From Hormiphora californensis (lineage: Eukaryota > Animalia > Ctenophora), in the NCBI GenBank assembly GCA_020137815.1, contig CM035358.1, positions 5,208,001-5,272,000 of the forward strand: a stretch of 64,000 nt of DNA. The letters run 5' to 3'. Made by a program: the position numbers and the translations under genes. How positions within the stretch are numbered: the first letter of the stretch is position 1; the number at the start of each line of letters is the position of its first letter. Positions 1 to 11,479 of the stretch are shown piece by piece. The notes beneath the pieces were generated by a model. The model was given only the letters and a program-made list of their open reading frames with translations, had not been told where the DNA came from and ran no database searches.

Positions 1-3000
1 TCCTACATAACTACTCAGTGATGACACTAACCAGTAGATAGAAATAGTAAGCAGTGTGAAATTGCTCCTCCAAATTATTGATACTCCTTAGCACGCTTTC
101 GGAAAACCGTCCAATGTGCTGCCACGAATACCTGAGAACATGAGGTTTACAGGAACATAGGTGTATAGGACTGCAAAGTGACAACACAAGGGTCCTTGCA
201 AAACTATGGATGCGGTTGTCTGATATAAGACCCTCCTCTTCGCACCGGGCCGAAGGCCCGGTGCGGCTACGTGAGGCCGCGTAGCGAGGAGGTCTATCGA
301 GGTTGCGCGATGTACAGTCAGTGTCTGACAAGGATGCGGAGAAGTGACGATAAAAAATTTGAAAAAAGGGTATGACACACACAAACAGTAAACACCTCTA
401 GCTGGAAAAATATATGGAAGAACAATTGGAACTGGAATCAACTAACCTTTTGTGCTTTGAATGATGTGAAATGTAATCGGCCGTGCTGCGGCTAAAAAGG
501 TGTGTTGTGTGAATGTATTGTCTTTTGCTGTGAAACCACGTGTGAGAAACATGTGCCGAAACAAAAGTTGAACAGGACTAAACAATTCAAGTTTTTCTAT
601 AAAAGAAATTATAGACACCGGATTAGTAAATGTACACCGGATAAGCAAGGAATGATTAATATCGTAATAGTTTGATGTACTTGATTAGTAATTTATTATA
701 ATGGTTAGTGAGCACAGTAATTCATTGACTGTAAGTTACCTATTTCTTCGAGTCCCTTTCTCGGAAGTAACCCCCACTGCGTGTATATTGTAAGGATGGT
801 AGAGGGAGTGAGGGGAGGCGACCTTGCCAACAGCCTGCCACGCCATGTTTGCATACAAACCCTGTAGAGGAGAGATGGCTTTATTTTAGCAGTCAAGAGT
901 GAACAGAAATTTATTGATTGTTTTACACGGATTAAGGGTACACCTCGGCGAAATTTTTGTCGAGTGCCCGCTTAGCTCTCCATATGGGGATGTAGGGCAT
1001 GCCAAGCCGACTTCAAATATGAAATTTTAGCCCTTAACTCGAATTCATATTTTTGCTACAGCCCCTCAAAGTTGGACCCTGAAAACCGGTTTTTAAGGTC
1101 CCCAAATTTTATTTTTAGGTCTAGAAAGCTGAAAATTTGGAGATTTGTAGAGGATACCAAGGTGTATCAGCCCAAACATAAGTTTTTTGAAATGGAGCTC
1201 AATTTTTTGTCTGAGCTTATTTTACTATTTTTGACTTTGAGGCCATATTTGGACATGTTCCTATGGACCGATAAGGCTAAAAATTGGATATTTGGTGCTC
1301 CCAACAATTGTCAACGTAGCCACAAATTTTCAGGAGGTCCGAATTTGAAATGTGGCCTACAGGTTTCTTTTTGTAAAACACATATTTTAGGAAAACTTAA
1401 AATGGCTATATCTCAAAAACGGTGGGTCCTAGCGATCTAATTTGGTGCTAAATCGATTCAGCGGGTCCGATTTTGGGGGGGGGGTTGTCTCTTAGACATT
1501 TTGCTCTAAGTCTAACCGTTTTTTCAGAAATCGCATTTTCAGATTTGGACATGTTTGGCTGAAATGCTTCTATCCAGAGCTAATCTTACCTATTTCAGCT
1601 AAACATGTACACATCTTAAAATACGATTTCTGAAAAAACGGTTAGACTTAGAGCAAAATGTCTACGAGACAACCCCCCCAAAATCGGACCCGCTGAATCG
1701 ATTTAGCACCAAATTAGATCGCTAGGACCCACCGTTTTTGAGATATAGCCATTTTAAGTTTTCCTAAAATATGTGCTTTACAAAAAGAACCCTGTAGGCC
1801 ACATTTCAAATTCGGACCTCCTGAAAATTTGTGGCTACGTTGACAATTGTTGGAAGCACCAAATATCCAATTTTTAGCCTTAACGGTCCATAGGAACATG
1901 TCCAAATATGGCCTCAAAGTCAAAAATAGTAAAATAAGCTCAGACAAAAAATTGAGCTCCATTTCAAAAAATTTCTGTTTGGGCTGATACACCTTGGTAT
2001 CCTCTACAAATCTCCAAATTTTCAGCTTTCTAGACCTAAAAATAAAATTTGGGGACCTTAAAAACCGGTTTTCAGGGTCCAACTTTGAGGGGCTGTAGCA
2101 AAAATATGAATTCGAGTTAAGGGCTAAAATTACATATTTGAGGTCGGCTTGGCATGCCCTACAACCCCATATGGAGAGCTAAGCGGGCACTCGACAAAAA
2201 TTTCGCCGAGGTGTACCCTTAACTCCCTAAATAGAGTTATAACGCGAGAGACAATAACGATGAAATGGGCAAACAGTAACAAATAATATATGTAATTTAC
2301 CAAAAGGGACAGTAACAGTAACTCAGCTATCAGGAACCGACCTAATCAGGAAATACTGGTCCCTGATTGGCTGATAACCAGTCACATGACCTAAATAACG
2401 AGTTCTGATTGGTTGTTTACTTGTTTCGATAGATTCCTGTCAGCTATAATTGTACCTGTAAGTTTCCCAGGAAATCACCCGGATCGTGAGCGGTGTCCCT
2501 GAGTAACAGCTGAAGGTGTTCCTGCCGACAAATCTGTCTCACTAGCACTACCTTCAAAAGAGACATGCGCTTAGTTAGTTGGTAATACACTTAGCTCTAG
2601 GAGCGATCTGTGACGGAGGTGACACCCAAACCGCTAACTCGATCACTTGCGTGAAAGAGCGTAGAGTTAAATAAAAAGTATTGTTCATCCCGGTCCATCA
2701 ATCAAGTGATTGTAACACACGAATAATTACCAAGTCAATGTCCGGTAATTGGCCGTTAATTGCTTCCACTTGCATGCGAAGATAGTCGAAGTTGTAGTAG
2801 GGTAAATTCAGGTGAAGAGCTGCTTGTATGCCGCCTGAAACATGGAGCATTGATAAATTTTCCTGGATTTTCATATTCTGCTGATATTCTTTGAAGGTAA
2901 AGGACTGATTTTGTGCAATCTGCGGGAATAGTAGATGTATTGCCTCCCCCCAACCAGGCGCCAGGGGTATTGTCTCCATCTTTTATCGGGAACGAGTCAC

Positions 3001-5947
3001 GTGACGCCACGTTTCTTTGATTTTTTTACATGTGGGCCACGCGAGAAAAGGAAATAAATAACCAAATTGTGGCCTGAGACGATTGCTTTGGAGATAAAAA
3101 AGATAGAAAGTTTTAGCAAGAGAAAGTTGTGATATGATTTTGGTTTTGTTTCTGCTCCCCACTTTTCTTTGTATCCACGGGAATACTACACAAGGTAATT
3201 AAGATTTCATCAGTGATCTACCGAACCGTCACAGAGCGTGAAATAAAATTCAGTGTGACAAATGCTAACATGTCTAACATGTCTAACATGTCTAACATGT
3301 CGTCTAACTTGTCTATTTAGAAGGCTGGATAGAGGGTGGAACAGATAACCCAATTGAGTTTGGGGAACATATAGAGCTGTTCGATGTGTACTGTGTAGGA
3401 GATGACAGTGACAGTCTGACCGTTCTTGTTAAAACTGATCAACCTACAAAACTTTTGGTATGTGCTTATCAGGAACCGACCGAAACAAGTAAACAACCAA
3501 TCAGAACTCGTTATTTAGGTCACGTGACTGGTTATCAGCCAATCAGGGACCAGTATTTCCTGATTCGGTCGGTTCCTGGTGCTTATAATGTAGTCCACAA
3601 AACTAACAACAAGCTATATATTGGATGCCCTACTTGCCAGTGCTATGACTGTCTGTACTACAGACATTAGACATGTATTACACCCTCCACATTGTACGAT
3701 AATCGTGTGTTCAACTACCCCTAACTCCCTGTTGCTAACCATCCCTCCCCAGGTATCTGTAACGGTACAGGGTGTCTCCCAACCCGCACAAAGTATTGAA
3801 ATTAATGGGAACTATTGCAAGCACCATGCTCAACTCTTTAGCAGAGATATTCTATGGAAAAAAGAGGACTATCGTGTTTGGAGGTACGTCATACTGCACA
3901 TGGGGGAGTGAGGGGTTGTCACCATGGCAACCCCACCCCCTACAATGTAGGGCCTACATATGTTTCAACTTTCACGTCTTTTTTTGCAGGGTCCAGTTTT
4001 ATAAAGACCCGCCCATATCTGTCTCGGTGGGTACCGTTAAGCTGAACTGTCCCGAAATAGACTGGGAAATTGGCAGGACTTTGATTGTGAGATGTTCTAA
4101 CTCGGAAACTGAGATGGAGAACGAAGCATATTACCGGTTCCCCAACCCTGCCACATCAAGTATGTTACCGATAATCCCAGCGATGAAAGCACCAAAAAAG
4201 AAACAAAAGAAGAGAGAAGGTGAGAGGTGTTTAGGTGACTAAAAAGTGACTAAAAAGGTGAAAAGGTTTATAATAGGTGACATATTCACCCACCAGGTTA
4301 GTAAAGGTCCCAGGTAAAGAACGCAGTCCAGTGTAAGAGTGGTGAGTGGTGAGTGGTGAGTGAGTGTATAACGAGTGTGAGTTAGTTAGAGTGTGAGTGA
4401 TTAGTGAGTGTGAGGTCGGTGAGAATGATCAGACGCAAATTACCTTAATTTAGATATCATGGTGATGTACCCCAACTCATGCCCATTCGGGTAACGTTTT
4501 ATTGGTTTTTGGACTCAGTTATAGTTTGTGTGCAAAAAAGAATAAAACGTTCTCCGAATGGATAAGGAATGGGGTACATCCCCATTTATCACCATGACCA
4601 CCCCCTCCCGGCCATGTCACCATGGTAACCCCCTCCCGGCCATGTTACCATGGTAACCCCCACGTTACCTGAATGGGTGAGGATTGGAGATGCAGCGATG
4701 AGGGGAGAGGAGATATCGTGATACCCGGATAGCCATGCCCCGATGCCATACTCTTCCTTCTCAGCGACCTGGCAGAGTGAGAATGAATGAATGTTAATAG
4801 AATTATGCATTTTTACATGGACTAATTAGCAGGACTAATTAATAATTAGCAAGACTAATGACTATCAATTACCAGAAATATAACATCTTTTGCCCAGATA
4901 GTCTGATGAGATATGAGGTGGGCAACGGACAGCATTAGGGGAACAGCGTGGTTTGGCTCCCATTCCTTCAGGCTGGTGGAGAACACGATGGCTTCTGCAC
5001 TGGCCGCTTTGGGTGCACGGTACACTGAGTATACATTCTCTCCAGACATCTGTGTGTGAGGGTAAGTTGAGAGTGAGGGTAACTTTAAACTTATTTCTAA
5101 ACTTTAGAGGGTCAGTTTAGAACTGCCATCTTGTTCGAGAGGGGAATCTACCGTGTGGTAAAAAAGGGGAAAGGGACGGGTGGGGTGACAGATATTATAT
5201 AGTTACGACGCATCGCGATGAAGTGATTAAAAAAGCGGGATCTTTGTGTTCAATCAACAGTTTTGAAGAGAAGATATTATATCAGAGATTACTAATTCAA
5301 TTACCTTATCTTGGTGTAAGGGCCTGGTGACAGTGAAATTCTGGGTATAAACTTCGAGTCCAAGCATACTAAATTGTTCACTAATCCATCTCTTCTTTTC
5401 CTCAGCTCCCTTCAGTCGAGAGAACTGAAGCTCCAACGATGATGCCATCTGAAAACACAAATAGGATGTCTTTGAGTTGCGTAGTTTCAGATGCAATGAG
5501 TAGTGGATGGGGCATTATTTCTGTATCAGTTTCTGTAAGAGTGGGAAAAACTACTAAAAAAACAATGTGGACGCGAAGAAGTGACAAAAAAGAAATACTC
5601 ACTGCTTGATTCTGATACTTGGTGATGACATATCCTGGCAAGAGAGCATTTTCCGAAACAAATGTGTTCTGGTTTACACGAATATCAGCAAACAGAGAGA
5701 GACCTATTACACCCGCCACATAGAATAGTGCACCTGGGGATAGATTCAGAAATATAATGATGTGACAATATTATCAAAGAAACGGAATAGGTTTGTTTTT
5801 GAAAAGAGAGAACAATTTTTTTATGGAAAGACAAGAGAGAAAGAGAGTTAGAGACTAATTAGAGTTATACTTACACACATATTTGTTCTTTTCCACTAGA
5901 ATATGTTTTGCTTTCTTCACAAATCCACTATTTAACAAGATTTTCAT
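1..5947 (-). CDS. GPAA1: GPI transamidase component GPAA1/Gaa1 (multi-exon, 3' end outside window). Exons approx. 5947-5875, 5733-5603, 5448-5305, 5049-4873, 4768-4669, 2834-2731, 2551-2456, 861-740, 131-<1
   Basis: Gaa1 motifs TFVSENALLPG, GENVYSVYRAPKAASAEAIV, WAKDVIFL, GGIQAAL, EAINGQLPDIDL and LRSINNLEEQFHTAYYFYLL occur in order; GT-AG junctions give consistent phases. Confidence 0.93.
936..2218. mobile_element. Foldback-type non-autonomous DNA transposon (Kolobok-like), ~625-bp inverted arms
   Basis: TTAA at 932-935 and 2219-2222 flanks GGGTACACC...GGTGTACCC. The arms are near-identical, which explains the mirror ORFs 1072-1440(+) and 1714-2082(-). TTAA plus RR...YY termini is the Kolobok pattern. 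Confidence 0.85.
2331..2439. mobile_element. 109-bp hAT-like MITE (CAGG...CCTG)
   Basis: 8-bp TSD TCAGCTAT at 2323-2330 and 2440-2447; reverse-orientation copy of 3470-3578. Confidence 0.88.
3134..4242 (+). CDS. Small secreted protein gene nested antisense in a GPAA1 intron; exons 3134-3194, 3321-3457, 3753-3883, 3990-~4242
   Basis: Signal-peptide-like start MILVLFLLPTFLCIHGNTTQ. Three GT-AG introns (phases 1, 0, 2) join into one open frame. The 3' end is uncertain. Confidence 0.75.
3470..3578. mobile_element. 109-bp hAT-like MITE
   Basis: TIR CAGGAACCGACCGAA / TTCGGTCGGTTCCTG; 8-bp TSD GTGCTTAT at 3462-3469 and 3579-3586. Confidence 0.9.
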
Positions 5948-6258
5948 AACAAACTAATACATGGATTATAGAGAAAAATTAGTTGGTATATTGTATGGTA
6001 CCCCGAACGGAACACACTCCGTCGCCAATAGCCAATTATTGGCCATTGGAACCATATCAACACCAAGGTAAACACTTGTAATTGTGAATGTTGATTGTTG
6101 TAGCAATAAAGGATAATAAAGCACATTAAAACGCGGACAACAAAACACTGTATATAACGTCATCACCTGATCTCTCACTCTTATAAAACACATGTGTATG
6201 TTTCTCAGTCAGTCTCTCTGTTCTCTCTTCCTCATTCTCTCCCCTCTCTCTTCTCCTC

Positions 6259-8763
6259 TCAATGTTTGGAGAGTTCTTCCAACAACTTGTTTCTCCGTTT
6301 CTCCAGCTCATCCTCACTTATATCTGAATCTGAACCTGACTTTTCTGCCCCTGACTTCTTCTCAGGTTTCTTGGAACTCTCCGACTGCTCCCTTTTCTCC
6401 TCCTCAGAATCTGATTCCTGCTTCTCCTTCTTCTTCTTTTTGCTCTTTTTCCGGCTTTTCTTCTCCTTCTTCTTTGTCTCCTCTTTCTCAGGGGTCGGCT
6501 CCCTTTTCTGCTTTTTCTTACTCTTCTTCTCATCCTCACTGCTGTCTTTCTCACTCCGGTCCCTGCTGGGAGACCTCTTTGACTTCTTCTTCTTCTCCTT
6601 CTTGTGCTTCTTCCTCCTTCTCTCCCTCTCCGATCGGTCGTCAGAGTCAGATTCAGGTTTGATGGTCATAACATAATCTTTAAATATCTTCGACATAGCT
6701 TTGTCGTCTCCGTTGAATGCCTTGAACTGACTCTCCTCCTCAAACCGCTCCCTCACATTCTCCCACTGGTCGGTGTGCATCAACTCAGGTTCGGCGTCCT
6801 CTAACATGTGCTTGAAACTGATGTCACGTTTCCTGATCCTCCTTTGTTCCTCTCTCCTTGCATCCCGCTCCGCTCTCTCGGCCTTCTCCAACAAGTTCAA
6901 GAAGTGCAGCTTGATGTTTCCCTTGTCGATAGATTTAGTTTTCTCGTCTGCCGAGATGATCCCGTAAAACTTCTCATATGGTGTGTCTGATTTGACCTCA
7001 AAGTCAGCTGCTCGAAGGACATCCTTTATCGTTTTCTTGTCCTCATGCATAGTAGATTTCAGATCTTCGAGATAGAATTTGAACAGGTCGAGAGGAGTAG
7101 AACCAGGTTGCCCCAACATGGCTGAATATCGGGAATCCTTGCTTATCGTCGGATACAGATCGGCCCAAAGGGAGGTTGAATCGAGTTTCTTCTTAGTATG
7201 GAGCTCATTTAGCAGAGTCACAAAACAGTCCCTATTCTTCCTCTGCGTCCGTTTCTCCTTCATAAACTTCTTCTGTTTCTCATCCTCGTAATCAAGCTCC
7301 ATTGCCTTGATATGCTCGGTGAAAACCCCCAACATATCCTCATTGTCCATATTCTCAAACAAAATGTTGTTCTTGAATGTCTTGAAGGTTGACAGGATAT
7401 CCAGGGCGTCTATCCAACAAGTTTTATAGGTGATTTCCTTGATATCCTCAAATAGAACAGTCAGTTCCTCTTTCTGTTTCGCTCTCAACTCTGCTTCATT
7501 CTTTTTCTCCCTCTTGGAAATTGAGAAGACAGCATCCTCAAAAACATCCTTTCTGTCACGCTCGGGCACGGCGATCCACTCCTTCTGATTTTCAAACATT
7601 TCCTGTGCCTTGCGGTACAGGGTAATTGATGTCATGTGGGGGTAGGCAATTAGAAACTCGTACAATTTCTCTTTGGCCTCTTTTGCAACTTGCCTCTCCT
7701 CTTCCTTCTCCTCCTTTGCTTTTTGTGTCTTGTACGCGTTGAACGTTTGCTTCTTCTCATTTAATTTAGGTATGGCGTTGTACCGCCTGTCTCGAGATAT
7801 GAGTTTCATGGCCTGTTCCCAGGAGGCGTTACTGGCGACACCCTTATCTTTCAAGAGAGCCTTGAAGGCATTCCTTGCGTCATCCTTTGTAGCGTACACA
7901 ACCTCTTCTTCAGGCTCTTCCTCGGGAGGGGCTGTTAGGGGAAGCTGAACCTGAAATAGGGACAATATATTAGTGAAATATTGATATTAGGTGTTTGGGT
8001 TGGGAGATAAGGAATAAATAATATAAATCAGTACCCTCAAATTACCTGAGAGACTGCGGGAACCATGGGTGTCATAGCAACAGCTGCTTCTAACTTGGCA
8101 ACCTCTTCCTTAATCTTTGTGAACTCAGGAGGCTCAGTCCAGATGGATTCTTTTGTCTCAGTGTTATAGAAATATATCTTACCTGTATTTGAAAAGGTTT
8201 AGTTCTCTACACTCTACAGTGTACATAGTCATTTTTAATTGATTAGATGATAATGAGATGGACATCATAGCAAACTCAATCAAAACTCGATTAACTCTAC
8301 CTAATCTAAAATCCCAACACGCAAAACCATTTCCACCGAACATCCCGGTAAATCGGGGTGCGACTATACCTGATTCAGCCTCCTTGTGCTCCTGCCAGGG
8401 ACACTGAGCAAACAGCCTCTCCGATGGGGTCATCAGTTCAGGTGGTTTAGTCCACAGCGACTGCTTTGTTTCGTTGTTGTAATAATACGTTCTGCCATCA
8501 GGAGAGGTATGCTCTGTCCAGGTGGCGGCCCGAACACCAGCAGCAGCCCCGGGTGGAGGTGCTATCTGTGCTGCTGGGACTGGGGCTGCCATGTGTGGGG
8601 CTGGTTGATGGTGAGGTGGACCGCCTCCCATCATTTGGTTCATCATCATCTGGTTCACCATCATTTGGGATTCCATAGATGCCTGGGGTTGCTGTCGGAT
8701 CAGCATCGGGTTCAATCGAGGGATTCCTCCTCCCATAAGCGGTCGAGCATTATGGAAAACCAT
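6259..8763 (-). CDS. PRPF40A: Pre-mRNA-processing factor 40 homolog (2 WW + FF repeats + Lys/Ser/Glu-rich tail); exons 8763-8370, 8182-8046, 7950-6259
   Basis: WW domains [26 protein letters not shown] and [23 protein letters not shown]; FF repeats ([20 protein letters not shown]); conserved [18 protein letters not shown]. Confidence 0.96.
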
Positions 8764-9184
8764 GCTAGGAAAATTCGTGATTAGTATTTATTAATGTTTC
8801 AATCGGGTTGAAGGATTTAAGATGTTGACAGTCGATTATTTTATTAAAAATCGACTATCGATAATCGAGTAAAAATTTTAACTTTGAAAAAAGTGAAAAA
8901 CGGCCATCTTGGAAATGCCTAGATTTGACGCGATCGCGACCGGCATCATGTCACTGCACTGCAGTCGAGCGCCGCGCAGCCCCTTTTATGCGCGGCGTTG
9001 TATTTGCGCGTGTATGTAAATAATTATTTTTTATACCTTATTGTATGTATCTCTCTTTTCCCACGGTTCGAAAATTTTCCCACGGTCAAAAACTTTCCCA
9101 CTAACAGGTTTTTTCACTTTTTACTTTCTTTTCTCACTTTGGGAACTTTTGGAAAAAAATTTTCAAAAATTCGAACTGTTCTGA

Positions 9185-11278
9185 GGGCGCGATCACACCA
9201 GGATCTTTGAAACAATTGCTTCGAAGAACCAAGTTGAGTCACACACAGATCTTTCCTTTAGTTGGTGCAAGTACGATCCTTAGGGCGCGATCACACCAAG
9301 ATCTTCGAAACAATTGCTTCGAAGAACCAAGTTGAGGCAATTTCTGATTTGCCGCATACGGCGTCTAGACGGCGTCGCAACGCCGTCTAGACGGCGTCTA
9401 GACGGTATACCGTCTGGACGGGTTTCGGTGAAATCAGCTAAAAACGGTACCGAAATTGCTTGAGACGGGTTATAGACGGTATCAGACGGTTTCTAGACGG
9501 GTTATAGACGGTATCAGACGGTGTTGCGACGGTATCAGACGGTCTCTAGACGGTGTCTAGACGGTACCGTCCCGGCGTCTGGACGGCGTCTGGACGGTGT
9601 CTAGACGGTATCCGTCCGAAGTTGAGACGGCACGTCTGAAAATTGTACCAGACGTTGAGACGGACTTTTAGAACTCCGTCTGTATTTCAGACGGAGTTTT
9701 AAAAGTACGTCTCAACGCAGTCTAAAGGAAAATCGATGAAAGTACCGTCTAGACAACGTCTCAACTGAAACCGGTCAACATACCGTCTAAACAACGTCTA
9801 GACAACGTCTAAACAGAATCTCGCGATTCAGTTTCAAATACCGTCTAGACAACTTCTCCAGCAATTTCGATACGAATACCGTCTAAACAACGTCTAGACA
9901 ACGTCTTAAGCGAATCCGATACAGATACCGTCTAAACAACGTCTCATAACCGACACTATCTATCACTGATAGTATCAGCCATAGACAGTATCTCACAGTT
10001 GTATTACAACGCGATAGCTGGATGTAAGAGTGAATGTGGAGATACCAAAACAGTTTGGCTGAATGTAAGAAGAAACAGCAACCCGACATTGTCGTCTCAT
10101 GAATGTAAGGCGACATGAGACGACAATGTCGGGTTGCTGTTTCTTCTTACATTCAGCCAAACTGTTTTGGTATCTCCACATTCACTCTCACATCCAGCTA
10201 TCGCGTTGTAATACAACTGTGAGATACTGTCTATGGCTGATACTATCAGTGATAGATAGTGTCGGTTATGAGACGTTGTTTAGACGGTATCTGTATCGGA
10301 TTCGCTTAAGACGTTGTCTAGACGTTGTTTAAACGGTATTCGTATCGAAATTGCTGGAGAAGTTGTCTAGACGGTATTTGAAACTGAATCGCGAGATTCT
10401 GTTTAGACGTTGTCTAGACGTTGTTTAGACGGTATGTTGACCGGTTTCAGTTGAGACGTTGTCTAGACGGTACTTTCATCGATTTTCCTTTAGACTGCGT
10501 TGAGACGTACTTTTAAAACTCCGTCTGAAATACAGACGGAGTTCTAAAAGTCCGTCTCAACGTCTGGTACAATTTTCAGACGTGCCGTCTCAACTTCGGA
10601 CGGATACCGTCTAGACACCGTCCAGACGCCGTCCAGACGCCGGGACGGTACCGTCTAGACACCGTCTAGAGACCGTCTGATACCGTCGCAACACCGTCTG
10701 ATACCGTCTATAACCCGTCTAGAGACCGTCTGATACCGTCTATAACCCGTCTCAAGCAATTTCGGTACCGTTTTTAGCTGATTTCACCGAAACCCGTCCA
10801 GACGGTATACCGTCTAGACGCCGTCTAGACGGCGTTGCGACGCCGTCTAGACGCCGTATGCGGCAAATCAGAAATTGCCCCAAGTTGAATCACACACAGA
10901 TCTTTCCTTTAGTTGGTGCAAGTACGATCCTTATATGGAGCGAGCTCGCTCTCTCCAATGTTATCCCCTCTTTCGAGCTCTCTCTCCCACTCGCTTTTTC
11001 TCCCCATATAAGGGATAATTGCGCGGGAGAGAGTGAGTGCGAGAGAGAGCTCGAAAGAGGGGATAACATTGGAGAGAGCGAGCTCGCTCCATATAAGGGA
11101 TAATTGCGCGCGAGAGAGAGTGAGTGGGAGAGAGAGCTCAAAAGAGGGGATAACATTGGAGAGAGCGAGCTCGCTCCATATAAGGATCGTACTTGCACCA
11201 ACTAAAGGAAAGATCTGTGTGTGATTCAACTTGGTTCTTCGAAGCAATTGTTTCGAAGATCCTGGTGTGATCGCGCCC
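9185..11278. mobile_element. PIF/Harbinger-like MITE, interrupted by a foldback element, with a tandem duplication of its first ~98 bp
   Basis: Termini GGGCGCGATCACACCAGGATCT...AGATCCTGGTGTGATCGCGCCC; 3-bp TSD TGA at 9182-9184 and 11279-11281. Confidence 0.8.
9336..10879. mobile_element. 1.54-kb near-perfect palindrome (MULE/Foldback-like)
   Basis: 9-bp TSD CCAAGTTGA at 9327-9335 and 10880-10888; GGCAATTTCTG...CAGAAATTGCC ends; ~766-bp arms around a 12-nt spacer (10102-10113); built from AGACGG/TCTAGA subrepeats. Confidence 0.9.
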
Positions 11279-11479
11279 TGAGCTGTAGTGGAAGCTCTTA
11301 CGGTATTCCCACGACCGTGGGAAAAGAGAGATAGATACAACATTTTCGAGGTTCCTTACGTAACAAGATCGCTAGCTGTTCTGAGCAAACCTGAACATTA
11401 TTTTTACCTATGCTGATCTTTATATCCGATAGATATTCATCCAAGCACTAACCCTGTTTAGGAAAACGATGTAGTTAAA

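Larger units (their letters stand above)
9041..11340. mobile_element. Outer short TIR element (~200 bp when empty) hosting two nested insertions
   Basis: TTGTATGTATCTCTCTTTTCCCACGGT (9041-9067) is the inverse of ACCGTGGGAAAAGAGAGATAGATACAA (11314-11340) with 1 mismatch; no clear TSD. Confidence 0.6.

Noticed and set aside
442-648. Possible GPAA1 exon (SPVQLLFRHMF...)
   Set aside because: Including it breaks the frame; exon 861-740 supplies the expected Gaa1 segment and joins exon 131 in phase.
1072-2082. Pair of near-identical 122-aa ORFs on opposite strands
   Set aside because: Mirror products of the foldback arms with no protein motif; the same applies to 9883-10332 and 10858-11343.
6192-7948. 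Several plus-strand Ser/Phe-rich ORFs
   Set aside because: Antisense shadows of the charged PRPF40 coding sequence.
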